DNA of 64,000 nt from assembly GCA_028534125.1 (NCBI GenBank), contig CM052818.1, positions 35,156,001-35,220,000 on the forward strand. The letters run 5' to 3'. This stretch comes from Lama glama. Taxonomy: Eukaryota. The notes below the pieces were generated by a model that saw only the letters and a list, made by a program, of their open reading frames with translations, ran no database searches and was not told the origin of the DNA. Below, piece after piece: positions 1 to 11,400 of the stretch (its first letter is position 1; each line of letters starts with the position of its first letter). The position numbers and the translations under genes were made by a program.

Positions 1-890
1 AACGCAATCCCCATAGAAGATGGCTTCTTTACAGAAATGGATGGGCTGATTCTAAAATTCATATGGAAATTCACAGGACCCAAGATAGCCAAAACAGTCT
101 CAAAAGAGAAGAACAAAGTTGGAAGACTCACATTTCCGAATTTGAGAACTACGGAGCTAGAGTAATCCAGATTAAGTGGTACTGGCATAAGGACAGACAT
201 AGAATCAATGGGATAGAATTGAAAGTTCAGAATTAAACCCATACATCTTTGTTCACTTGATTTTTCACAAGGAGGCCAAGACCATTTAATGAAGAAAGCA
301 TAGTCTTTTGAAGAAATGGTGCTGAAACAAGTGAATATCCATATGTGAAAGAATGAATTTGAGCCTCTGCCTCACACCACATAATAAATTAACTAAAAAG
401 TATATCATAGACCTAAATGTAAGAGCTAAAACTATAAAACTCTTAGAGGAAAACATAAGTATAAATCTTCATGAACTTATATGAGGCAACCCTTCTTGGG
501 TATGACACCAAAAGCACAAGTGACAAAAGAACAAATAGATATATTGGAACAAAATTAAAAACTTTTGTGCTTTCATGCAAACAACCAAGAAATTGAAATG
601 ACTACTCACAGAATGAGTGAAAAAATTTGCAAATCATATATCTCATAAGGGGCTGTATCTACAACATATAAAGAACTCTTACAACTCAATAATGAAGAGA
701 TAAAAGCCCAATTAAAAAATGGGCAAAGTGACTCATAAAGGGAAGTGGTTTCCTTTTGGGATAATGAAAATGTTCTAAAATCAGTTGTGGTGATGGTTAT
801 ACAATTCTGTAAAGACCATTAAATTGAATACTTTGAATGGGTGAATTACATGTGAATTATATTTCAAAAAAGCTTCTTATATTAAAAAAA
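1..890 (+). mobile_element. Degenerate LINE-1: 3' part of ORF2 followed by an L1M 3'UTR fragment
   Basis: L1 ORF2 hallmarks (aatagccaaaacagtct, tggtactggcataaggacagacata, agacctaaatgtaagagctaaaactataaaactcttagaggaaaacata). From about 730 it switches to 3'UTR-type sequence (gaaaatgttctaaaatcagttgtggtgatggtt) ending in an A-run. Confidence 0.9.
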
Positions 891-894
891 GTAG

Positions 895-897
<3 letters not shown>

Positions 898-924
<27 letters not shown>
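898..924. repeat. (TA)n microsatellite
   Basis: Perfect TA run seen directly. Confidence 0.95.
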
Positions 925-928
<4 letters not shown>

Positions 929-1344
929 ATAGAAGCTTTGTGAGAACTGGATGATGGAGGAAATAATTTCAATCGTGACATCAAGGTAAAGGTTGAAGTG
1001 AGATTAAGAGAAACCTTTGCTTCACTTTTTGGTCAATAAATATTACTTTCACCAAAAACCTGGAAAAATCCTTCCTTTTAAAAAAAAATTCTGTGAAATA
1101 AGCAGAAATAGAGATGACTATAAATATTGGTAGAAGATAATTCATGCTAGTTCACTTTCTCTTTATTGAGTCAAAAGTTGCTGCCAGATCTTACAAAGGC
1201 AGCATAGATGAAGTGAAAAACATTGGAGGCCAAAGTTCCCTGAAGTGACCTTAAAATTCAAGGAGAATTTTATAGCAAATTTTGACGTGAAAACAAAGTT
1301 TGATTTGTAGGCTCATGTAATTTAGGCTTTGTTGTAGTTACTGT

Positions 1345-1840
1345 GGTTATATATCAGTTATCCCCAAAGAGTCATTTTTTTTGTTTATGAATTTTTGGGG
1401 TCTAAAATTAGAACAACATCCAGTGCTGATGTCTTTGCTGCATAATATCTGAGGTCTCAGGTGGAAGACTCGAGGTCTCAGGGCTGGATCACTAGAGGCC
1501 TTGCTTACTGACAAGTGTGACGGTTGCTGATGACTTTGGCTGATAGACTCAGTTCCTCCGCACGTCAGCATCTCAGTTCCTCCGCACGTCAGCATCTCTG
1601 TGTGCTCTCTCCACATCAGCTAGTTTGGACTTCTTCCCAACAGTGGTCCCTGGGCTCCAACGGCAAGCATCCTGAGAGTGAGAGCAGGGGCAGCCTGCCC
1701 CACCTTTCATCACCTGTCTTCAGGAGTTGTGCAGTGTTGCGTCTGCCACACTCTGTTCACTGAGACAGTCAGAACAGCCTCAGATGCAAGTGGGGGGCGT
1801 ATTCTTTAGTTCTTGATGGGGAGGGGCAGTGTACTAGACG
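1345..1840 (-). mobile_element. Old MaLR (MLT1-like) solo LTR
   Basis: MLT1-like motifs in reverse orientation (ctcagttcctcc, gtctgccacactctgttc, cctcagatgcaag...cttgatggggagg). Confidence 0.6.
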
Positions 1841-1911
1841 CACATAGTGTACTGGTCTGGAAATACCACTGTGGCCATTTTTTTGAAAAATACAGGCTAC
1901 CACACACCATA

Positions 1912-2077
1912 AGGGGACCTTAGTGATCAGCTGCTCCAGTTCCCTCATTTTACAGATGAGGACACTGAAGCTGAGAAGAGATGCATAATGTGGCCACAAT
2001 CTTGGCAGGTTGGTGGGCAAACTAGGGCTGGAATTTAGCTTTCCTAACTCTAGGCTAGGGTCTTTCCTACTATACCA
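1912..2077 (-). mobile_element. MIR SINE
   Basis: MIR core cctcattttacagatgaggacactgaagct. Confidence 0.8.
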
Positions 2078-2387
2078 ATTTGCTTCACTTTGCTGAGTAT
2101 ACAGTTCCTTCACTGAAGTCATGAGCGGTCCTCCCCTCAGAGTTTTCTTAGGCTGGCAGCCAGGATGATGTAGGCAAAACTACTGGCAGAGTGCTTGGCA
2201 TGGAGAAGGCACACAGAAAGTGTTTCTTAACCCTTCCTCCCCTCTTTGTGTTTCATCCAAAGAAGGCCTTGTTGACATGCTGTCTATTGGCATGACTGTG
2301 CTAACACAGTGGAGTAGAAGCACTTTGCCAGCACGTAGAAATTAAATGGTAGATCTAGATGATGATTTTTTACTTGTCCTTTTTCAG

Positions 2388-2468
2388 GTGCTCAGAATTT
2401 TGATGTCATACGATTATCAACGTACAGAACAGCTTGCAAATTACGATTTGTACAAAAACGATGCAACC
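2388..2468 (+). CDS. DTNB: DTNB coding exon (probably exon 3), 81 nt
   Basis: Acceptor tccttttttcag|GT, donor AACC|gtaagt; encodes [26 protein letters not shown]. Too short to appear in the ORF track. Confidence 0.96.
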
Positions 2469-5400
2469 GTAAGTCATTATTTCTACTCATTTCTGTGATA
2501 GCTGAATAAAGCTCTTGATGGTATAAAAGATTTTAATATCTTTTAGTCATCTTATAATGTTAATTGAATTATTTTTGTCTTTAGTATTTATCAGAATATA
2601 AGCTTTGAAATGGAGAGAACTTGTTTTATTCTGGGTGTCCCTCAAAATATTTAAGAAACTCAATAATGTAACTAGTTTTGAGTCTGGTATAGTATTCTCT
2701 CAATGGGAGAATTGATTTCTCCTTGTCACCGTTTTTAATTAAAAGTTTTATACAAAATTAATACAACTTATCAGCTTCTAGAGGAAAAGAAAAACTAACA
2801 TTTTGATAAAGGTATAAAAAATTAACTTTATTAAAGTTAATATAACACATCAGCCTTTTCTATAAGCAATTGCTTCCACAGTTGCTACATATAAAATAAG
2901 TAAATAAAATATATGTATATATGTGTTTGTATAGACACACGCATATAAAATCTCTCTTAATTTGTGTGCAGATGAACTAACTTAGACTGAATTATTGTGC
3001 TTTTTCATATACGGGTATGTGTGTATTTTAATGAAAAACTGTTTTGTGTAATGTCAAAGGACACTTGCCTTGGAATGGGAAAACCTCAGTTTTACCATTT
3101 ATTATAAACACGTGACCTTGGGCAAGTCACTTCTGATCTAAATACTTCTACACTACATTAAGTCCTACTCAAAAATCCTAGGTTAAAATTCTCCCGAAGA
3201 GTTTACTTCAGTTAGGCTGAAGTCATGTTTCTTCTCTGGTTTGCCAAAGCAGTGTTTTTCAAATTACGGGCTGTGACCCATTAATGTTTCCTGAAATCCT
3301 TTTGGTAGGCTGTAACCGAATGTACAGCATATAATAGAGAAAATGAAAAAAAAAAAAAGAATGTAGCTTAATGTGGTAAGGTATTTTGTGAAACGTGTGT
3401 GTGTGTTGATTTAAATATATTTCTGTGGGTTGTGGTAAAAACATTTGAAAACCGCTGTCCTAGAGCAACTACCATTTTTATAATTCTTCCTGTAATTATT
3501 CTTGGAACATAGAATAATGGGTTGAGCCAGGCTATAAAGTAAAAGAGGCATTGTTCTCGAAGTTTTATTTTGTTACATGTGTTTCCTCAATTCACCTGAA
3601 ATTTTTTTATGGGTGTAGAGAGTATGAGTAGGAGTCAAATTTCAATTTTTTCCGTATGTATGTTCAATTGTCCCTATACTGTTTATTGAAAAGATCATTC
3701 TTTTTCTTTGTTGCTAAAAACATCTTTTCCTCATATTCATTAGGAGAAATGTACAAGAATGTTCATACTGTGTCCATATGTAAGATCTGCTTTTGGACTC
3801 ATTGTTCCATTGATCTGTTTGTCTATCCTTATACCAATAATCACTGTTACAGCTTTATAATAAGTTCTTGTTATCAGGTAGATCACATCTTCCTACTTTG
3901 TTCTGTTTTTCTTTTTAAGATTATCTGGGACATTCTTGGCTTTTTTACTTTTATTTTCATACAGATTTTAGAATCTGCTTATAATTTGTGCTAAAAACAA
4001 ACAAAGTAAAACAAAGAACCATGCTATTTTTCCTTCTTCATTTCTTTTTTAAAGTGTAATTTATATGTAGTAAAATTTACCCTTTTAATGTATTCCCCTG
4101 CGGGATTTTTTTGGAACTACGCTGAATCTGTGGATCAAGTTGGGAAGAATAAACATATTTCCAATATTGAGATTTCATCCTGTGTACATGGTATATCCCT
4201 CTGTTTATTTAGTTCTTTAATTTCTGCTGATTATATTTATAGATTTTTTTGGTAGAGATGTACATCCTTTATTGGATTTATTCCTAAGTCTTTGATGATT
4301 TATGATCCTAGTATAAATTGTGTTTTAAAATTTTATTATCTGTTACTGATATAAAGAAATACAGGGACTTTCATATCTTGTCTCGTATCTAGCAGTCATT
4401 CTAGACCCAAATGTTAATTTTAGTGATGATATGTGTAGAATCTGTGAATTTTCAATGTGTATAATTTTGTTATTTCTGAATAATGACAGTTACCTTTCTT
4501 TATTTCCGGTACTTGTACTAATAATTAATGCATATTTATGTTGATTAGGATCTGATGATCCTATAAAAAGGATTTCATTTTGATAATGCTTTCTGATTTA
4601 ATTTCATTTTGATCAGAGAGCATGGTTTGTATGATTTCAATCCTTAGAGATTTGTTGAGATTACCTTTATGACTTGGGATAAGGTCAATTTTTATACTTG
4701 TTCTTTGTACCCGTCACAGTAAAGCATGTTTTCTAATCATTAGGGGCAAGACTTCATATAGTGTCCATTATGCTTTGTTAGTCACAGAGTTTAATTGTCT
4801 ATGACTGTACTTATCTTTTTGTATGTTTGCTCTGTCACTTGCTAAGAGAGGTGTGTTACTGTCTCCCACAAAGTTTGAGAATTTGTCTCTTTGAGGTTCT
4901 GTTACATTTTGCATTGTGTGTTTTTGACACTGTTCTAGCGGAGGCAAAATTTTACCTCTGCCCTCTCAGGGTCTCCAGCTGGGCCTGGGAATTAAATTGG
5001 CATAAGACAGATTAACAGGAGAAAAGCATACAGATTTTACATGTACATGGGAGCTCACATAGGAAAATGAAGACTCAAAGAAATGAACAGGCCCAGGTGC
5101 TTGTGTACTAAGCTGAACAAAGAGTAGTGATTATGGAAAAGTAACTAAAATATATCAAGAGACTAAAGATAAGAGTTATTTTAACAAAGTCTGTGCAGAT
5201 TTCTCTTAGCCTCAATTCATTGTCTCTGGTGATGAGGACGTTTCTTTCCTCCTGGAATAGGGAGGACATTTTTCACAAGGGACATTTATTTCCAGCTTTT
5301 GGGAAGAAAAGGGGAGATCAGAGTGCTCTTCTTGGCATGTGCTGTTTTGCAGGTGTCTTTAGCTCAAACTAATCCTTATGCCAGAGTGGCATATTTTAGG

Positions 5401-8400
5401 GGGACATATTCTGCTATCTTTCACTATTTATTAGATGTAAATAAATGTAAAGTTCTTCTATCTTTCTGCTGGATTAAAACTTTTAGATTGCTGACAGTTT
5501 ATTTTCTATGTGTTCTAGTCCATCTTGTTGATATCTGGAACATGATTGAAGCCTTCCGAGACAATGGCCTTAATACACTGGACCATACCACTGAGATAAG
5601 TGTGTCCCGCCTCGAGACCGTCATCTCATCCATCTACTACCAGCTGAACAAGCGCCTTCCTTCTACTCACCAAATCAGCGTGGAGCAGTCCATCAGCCTC
5701 CTCCTCAACTTCATGATTGCTGCATATGACAGGCTAGTACCTCACCTGCTTACTCCATTTTAAGAATGTTTATCTCCGAGTCATCCCTCTTCTGTACTGC
5801 CTTGCCAAGGGTTGTCAACTTAGAATCACAGTTAAAAAGGAAATGAATCAGTGTTAAGTCCCTTCTGAAGGCTGGTTAGATGCCAGAATGACTTACTGTC
5901 CTGGGGTATGTCACATTTTAACCCGTGTAATATTAGGGAGATTCACAACACTTGAGACACATTGTTTGGTAAAATTGTAGTTACCTTAGTCAAGCTGTTC
6001 TCTTCCAGTGAAATATAGCTGAGTTGTACATTTGATTATGAGGGTTTCTGTTTGACTTTTAAAGCTAACTTTTCTTTATTATGTAACAGCAATTGCCCCT
6101 GGACTATAGTAACTTGTTTTCTCTTTATTTATGTTTAGGGTTCTATTTTAATTTTTCTCCATGTAGAACATTTTTCTTCTAAACCTTACAATGATAGAAG
6201 AAAACTAAACATACTCCTAATTAAAACAGAAATGAGTTGCTATATTTGTATTTAGGAGAATTAAGTTGGGTATGATTAAAAAAACACAAAATAAATGGTA
6301 AATGATGGAAGCACAGAGGTTAATGCTTATATTCTGGGAACCGTGGGTTCAGGTTTCTGATCCTTGCTGTACTGTACCGTCTAATTTGGATGGATTAATT
6401 CTCGCCACTTCATTTTTCTCTCTGTGCAAAATGAGTTCATATATTTGTAGAATGCTAATACTTTATAATATTGAGGATTCTGTGAATTAATGGTAAAACC
6501 ATAGAAGTGCCAAGGCCAAGTAACAACATAGGCACTTACTAAATTCACAACACTTTTATAAGATGTTATCAAATTAGATATTCCATCCATTTACTAAAAA
6601 TTATTTAAAGAAATCTGAATTTTTAAAACAAGAGTGTACATGAGACATAAGTTCTAGAATTCTAATACCACTTTTTAGCAATTTAAATTAATCCAGGAGG
6701 TTAATTTTATACTATCCAAGGAATGACTCTTCTGATCCCAAAAACCTCAGTAAAAACTGTCATTCTGTGGTCAGTAAACAGTACCTTATCCTGACACTGA
6801 CTCACTTGAGTAAGTCAGTTCAGGGTCAACACAACACAAATTAACTTAAACAATTTAAAAAAAATTTTTATGGGGGGAGGTAATTAGGTGTATTTATTTA
6901 TTTTTGTAATGGAGGTACTGGGGATTGAACCCAGGACCTCATGCACGCTAGGCATGCAGTATACCACTGAGCTCTCCCCTCTCCCCTAAGAAACAATATT
7001 TTTAAAGTCAGAAATAAAAATCGTCTTACAGCCTAAAAATAAGGCAGAGATTATAAATTTTGATTCCATGCTAAATAAGTACTATGGCTAAAGAAGGGAG
7101 AAGAAGGGAGAGTGAAGAGATAGCAGAGGGAGAATGGAAAGACCAGATGAAAGAGGAGAGGGTGAGAAGCGTCCTGGGACACATTCAGAGAAAACTAGAC
7201 ACGTTCAAAGACAAAGGAAAGGAAGAAATGGACAGTAAATCAGGTGAAGACAGATCAGTAGAAGGGCACCCTAAAGAGAACTAGGGAAAACAAAAAGAGA
7301 TGAAAGAGTTAAGAAGAGTGAGGACTACAGTATGGCAGTGGTGAGCTTGGTAATTCTCAAGTCATGTGCTGCCTAAAACCTTGAACATGGGCATCAGAAT
7401 AAATCATCACATCTTTACTAACCTTGAAATCGTTCTATGGTAAGAGCTTATTTTGGAGGTTTTTTTAGGTTATATTATTTTTTTTTATGGTAAAAGCTTA
7501 TTTAGTTAGCTCCCCAGAAATTTGAAATTGGCTTTCACGTACTGGGAAAAATAAAGGATCTAGTTATCAGAATTTTATTTTTTGAAAATCAGGGCATTTT
7601 GTTGTTAAATACTTCAAAAAGTAGTAATCCCATCGTGGATAGGCCACTGTTACTTAGGCTGGCGAGTCCCTTTGATGTGTAGAATTTCTGTTATTTTAAT
7701 TGATCTTCTCAGGCTTTTGTATTTCATAATTTCTCAAAGTTAAAGTTTGGATGCAACAATTACTTAATTATTGAATTCCTTTGCCTCCAAATTCATAGTC
7801 GGATTTTTGGCCAGGTTGTTTCTGTTTATTCTAATAGATTATAAGATGTTAAAACAACCACCAGAAACAAATAGGGTCTAAGACTTTCTCCCTGAAGTGT
7901 GTATTTTCTTAGGATTTTTGTTTCAGTACTTAGGATTTGAAATATTTCACACTTGACAATTAAAAACATTGAAAAGTACAAAGAATACTATTATAAACAT
8001 CTGTGTATAGGACTTCAATGAAAGCTATAAGGAATAGCCAAAACATTCTGATGGCCTCATTTTTCCCCTCTATCAGATCCTCANNNNNNNNNNNNNNNNN
8101 NNNNNNNNNNNNNNNNNNNNNNNNNNNNNNNNNNNNNNNNNNNNNNNNNNNNNNNNNNNNNNNNNNNNNNNNNNNNNNNNNNNNNNNNNNNNNNNNNNNN
8201 NNNNNNNNNNNNNNNNNNNNNNNNNNNNNNNNNNNNNNNNNNNNNNNNNNNNNNNNNNNNNNNNNNNNNNNNNNNNNNNNNNNNNNNNNNNNNNNNNNNN
8301 NNNNNNNNNNNNNNNNNNNNNNNNNNNNNNNNNNNNNNNNNNNNNNNNNNNNNNNNNNNNNNNNNNNNNNNNNNNNNNNNNNNNNNNNNNNNNNNNNNNN

Positions 8401-11400
8401 NNNNNNNNNNNNNNNNNNNNNNNNNNNNNNNNNNNNNNNNNNNNNNNNNNNNNNNNNNNNNNNNNNNNNNNNNNNNNNNNNNNNNNNNNNNNNNNNNNNN
8501 NNNNNNNNNNNNNNNNNNNNNNNNNNNNNNNNNNNNNNNNNNNNNNNNNNNNNNNNNNNNNNNNNNNNNNNNNNNNNNNNNNNTTACTGGGATAAAGCCC
8601 TCTGGGTTGTGATTTTTTAAAAAATTTTATTGTATTGTTTAATTTTGGTGAGGGGTGGAGGTAATTAGGTGTATTTATTTTCAGAGGAGATACTAGGGAT
8701 TGAACCCAGGACCTCATGCATGCTAAGCATGTGCTTTACCACTTGAACTATATCCTCCCCTCTAGGTTGTGGTTTTTAAATCATTTTTATATATTGCTAC
8801 ATTTGATTTGCTCACATTTTGTTGAAGGTTTTGTCTCTCTATTCATGACGGACACCGACTTGTTATTTTCTTTTGTTGTAATGTATTTATGTGTTTTTGG
8901 TGTCAGAATAATGCTGGCCTCACAAAAGAATTGGGAAGTGTTCCTTCCTTTTTTACTCCCTGAAAGAGAGTAGAAATGCAATTATTTTTTCTTTTAAGTG
9001 TGTAGAATTCTCCAGAACAGTTCTCTGAGGAGCTTTCTTTTTTTGGAAGGCTTAAAAATACAGATTCAGTTTCCATCATGGACATGGGCCTCTTCAGGTT
9101 GCCTGTTTCCTCTTGAATGAGCTTTCATAGTTTGTGTTTTTCAGGGCTTAGTTTGTGTTTGTCCATTTCATCCAGGTTGTTGAATTTATGGACATAAGGT
9201 TTTTGGAACATTTCCTGATTATTTCTGTAATGTTTAGAGAACTTGTGGTGATACCCTTCTTTCATTCTTGATATTGGTAATTTGTGTCTTTTTTTCTTAG
9301 TCAGTCTGGCTAGAGGTTTATCAATATTACTGGTGTATTCAAAGAACCAGCTTTTGGTTTCATTAATTTTCTGTATTGTTTTTCTGTTTTCAATTTCATT
9401 GATTTCTGCTCTTACTCATTTTTTTCCCCTTTTGCTTGTTTTGGGTTTAATTTGCTGTCCTTTTTCGAAGTGCCTTCAGTTAGAAGCTTAGATTATTGGC
9501 TTGAGAACCTTCCCTTCTTCCCTTCTAGTATAAACGCTTAATATGAATAAAATGGAAAGTGCCCACCCTTCCGTTGCTTTCCTTTGGCTGCCTGCTTTCC
9601 ACCCTGGATGCAACCAATGTTATTTTGTCAGTATCCTTTCAGACAGTTTATAAAATACAGATATATGAGAATATTATTTTTACTCTCTCCTTTTTAGCAT
9701 AATTGCTAGATTGCATTCTATTTTACCCCATGCTTTGCTTTTTTTTTTTTTTTTGAACCTAGTAATCTGTCTTGGATACTTGGATATAATTCTTTATCTT
9801 TTATGTTTTTTCATTCTTTATTATGATAGCCAGTCTTCTATTAATAAACATCTAAAGATGGGGCCTTGGTCTTGAGATTTTTAATGTTTTTATTCTTTTT
9901 ATGCATTTTATTACAGAAATTTTATTGTGGAACATTTTATGCATTGCAGTTTGTTTATCTTAAATGTTTTTTAACATGTATTTTTCCCTGTCATCATTCT
10001 CCCCCTTAAACCAGGAGCTTTGTCGAATAACCCTCACTTTCTCAGGATTCATTTTTTTAAAACAGTTTTTATTCAGAAAGAGAAAATACAGAAAAATAGC
10101 TAGAACAAAGTACAGTTTAATGAATTATTATCAAGCAAATACCCATGTAAATACACAGAGGCCAAGAAATAGAGTGCTGTCAGCACCCCAGATGCCCCTC
10201 GTGTTGTCCTTGCTGTCTTACAACTTCTCTCTCTTCCCCCAGAGGCAATCAGTATCCTGATTTCTATGGAAATCTCTTCTAACATTAATTTTTACTTTCC
10301 CCAGTGGAATTTCATTGGCATTCTTGCATCATGAAGTCTGTGTTTGCAAAAAATGTCTTGAGGAAGTTTACCTTAAAAAATGTTGTTAGCTGTGCAGCAA
10401 GGCCTAACTCTTCTGTTGGCGGGCACATGTTCTTCGTTCTTGCTCTACTGGTCGTCAGGCTTACTGGCCCTTGCTCAGGGCTTCTGGAATGTTTTTTCCT
10501 GTTGCTTCATTTTTCTGGGCCACTTTGCTTCAGGATGGAAGCTGCGTCCATCAGAGTTCTTAGGTGTAAGCAATAGGATCCATCTCTGGCTAATTTATTA
10601 AAAGGCAACCCCTTGGCTCTCTGAGAACCTTGGGAAAGTAGGCTTGAAGACCACACCACCAAGAACAGAGCTCAAAATCATACCCCAAAACTGGTCTTGG
10701 GGTGCACCTCTGCTACCAAGCTGAGCATAGATTCTGCTGCTTGTGCCCCAGACACCACTGACGCTGGGCGGTGGGCGCTGCTGCAAGAATCCCTGCTCTC
10801 AGGACACTGGATGTAACTGCTCCTGTTCCATCCTTGCCAGGTGGATTCTTTGGAGTTCTTGCTTCTACCAGTTAATTGTTTTCTATTTGTAGGCTAGAGT
10901 GGGTGCATCTTATTGGTGGAGCTTGTGTTATGTGCCACTGTCATAGTTTCAAAGAAAGATGAGAAAGCAAATATCTTTTTTTTTCCCTTTCTTCCTACTT
11001 TGATAGTGGAAAGTGTACTTGTCGCATAAGGTAGGGTGTGCTTAAATGTAGACTCAGCATTTGGGTGGTTGGTGACCGAACAGAAATACCCACTGTAAAA
11101 GTTCTCTGTCAGTCTTAGAAACCCATTATTTTGAACGTAGTTGAGGCTCTTTGTAGCCACTCATGTTGCTCATATAATGCAATGAATATTTAGCGTAGGA
11201 ATATTCCTTACCATTTCTAGGTGCCATATTGCCAGGTACTACATAAGACATGGAGCAGAATCTGTATTTCTGAAAAACTATATATTTAAAAAAACCCATT
11301 CTAATTTGAGCTAGTTTTAGGGATTCCTGTTTCATGAATAAACTTAATGAGATGTGATCGTTAAAAATTAGACTGTTACAGACATTGGTATCTCCTGGCA

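Noticed and set aside
2821..2841. 9-bp hairpin attaacttt-att-aaagttaat
   Set aside because: Almost all A/T in an AT-rich context, so expected by chance.
5299..5763. 154-aa ORF as a standalone gene or LTR-DTNB fusion protein
   Set aside because: It begins at a TTG inside LTR/intron sequence; only 5519-5732 matches DTNB, bounded by splice sites.
7084..7284. 66-aa E/K/R-rich ORF
   Set aside because: By-product of a purine-rich low-complexity tract; no recognisable domain.
8003..8717. ORFs of 205 and 214 aa in the ORF track
   Set aside because: Artefacts of translating through the 500-N gap.
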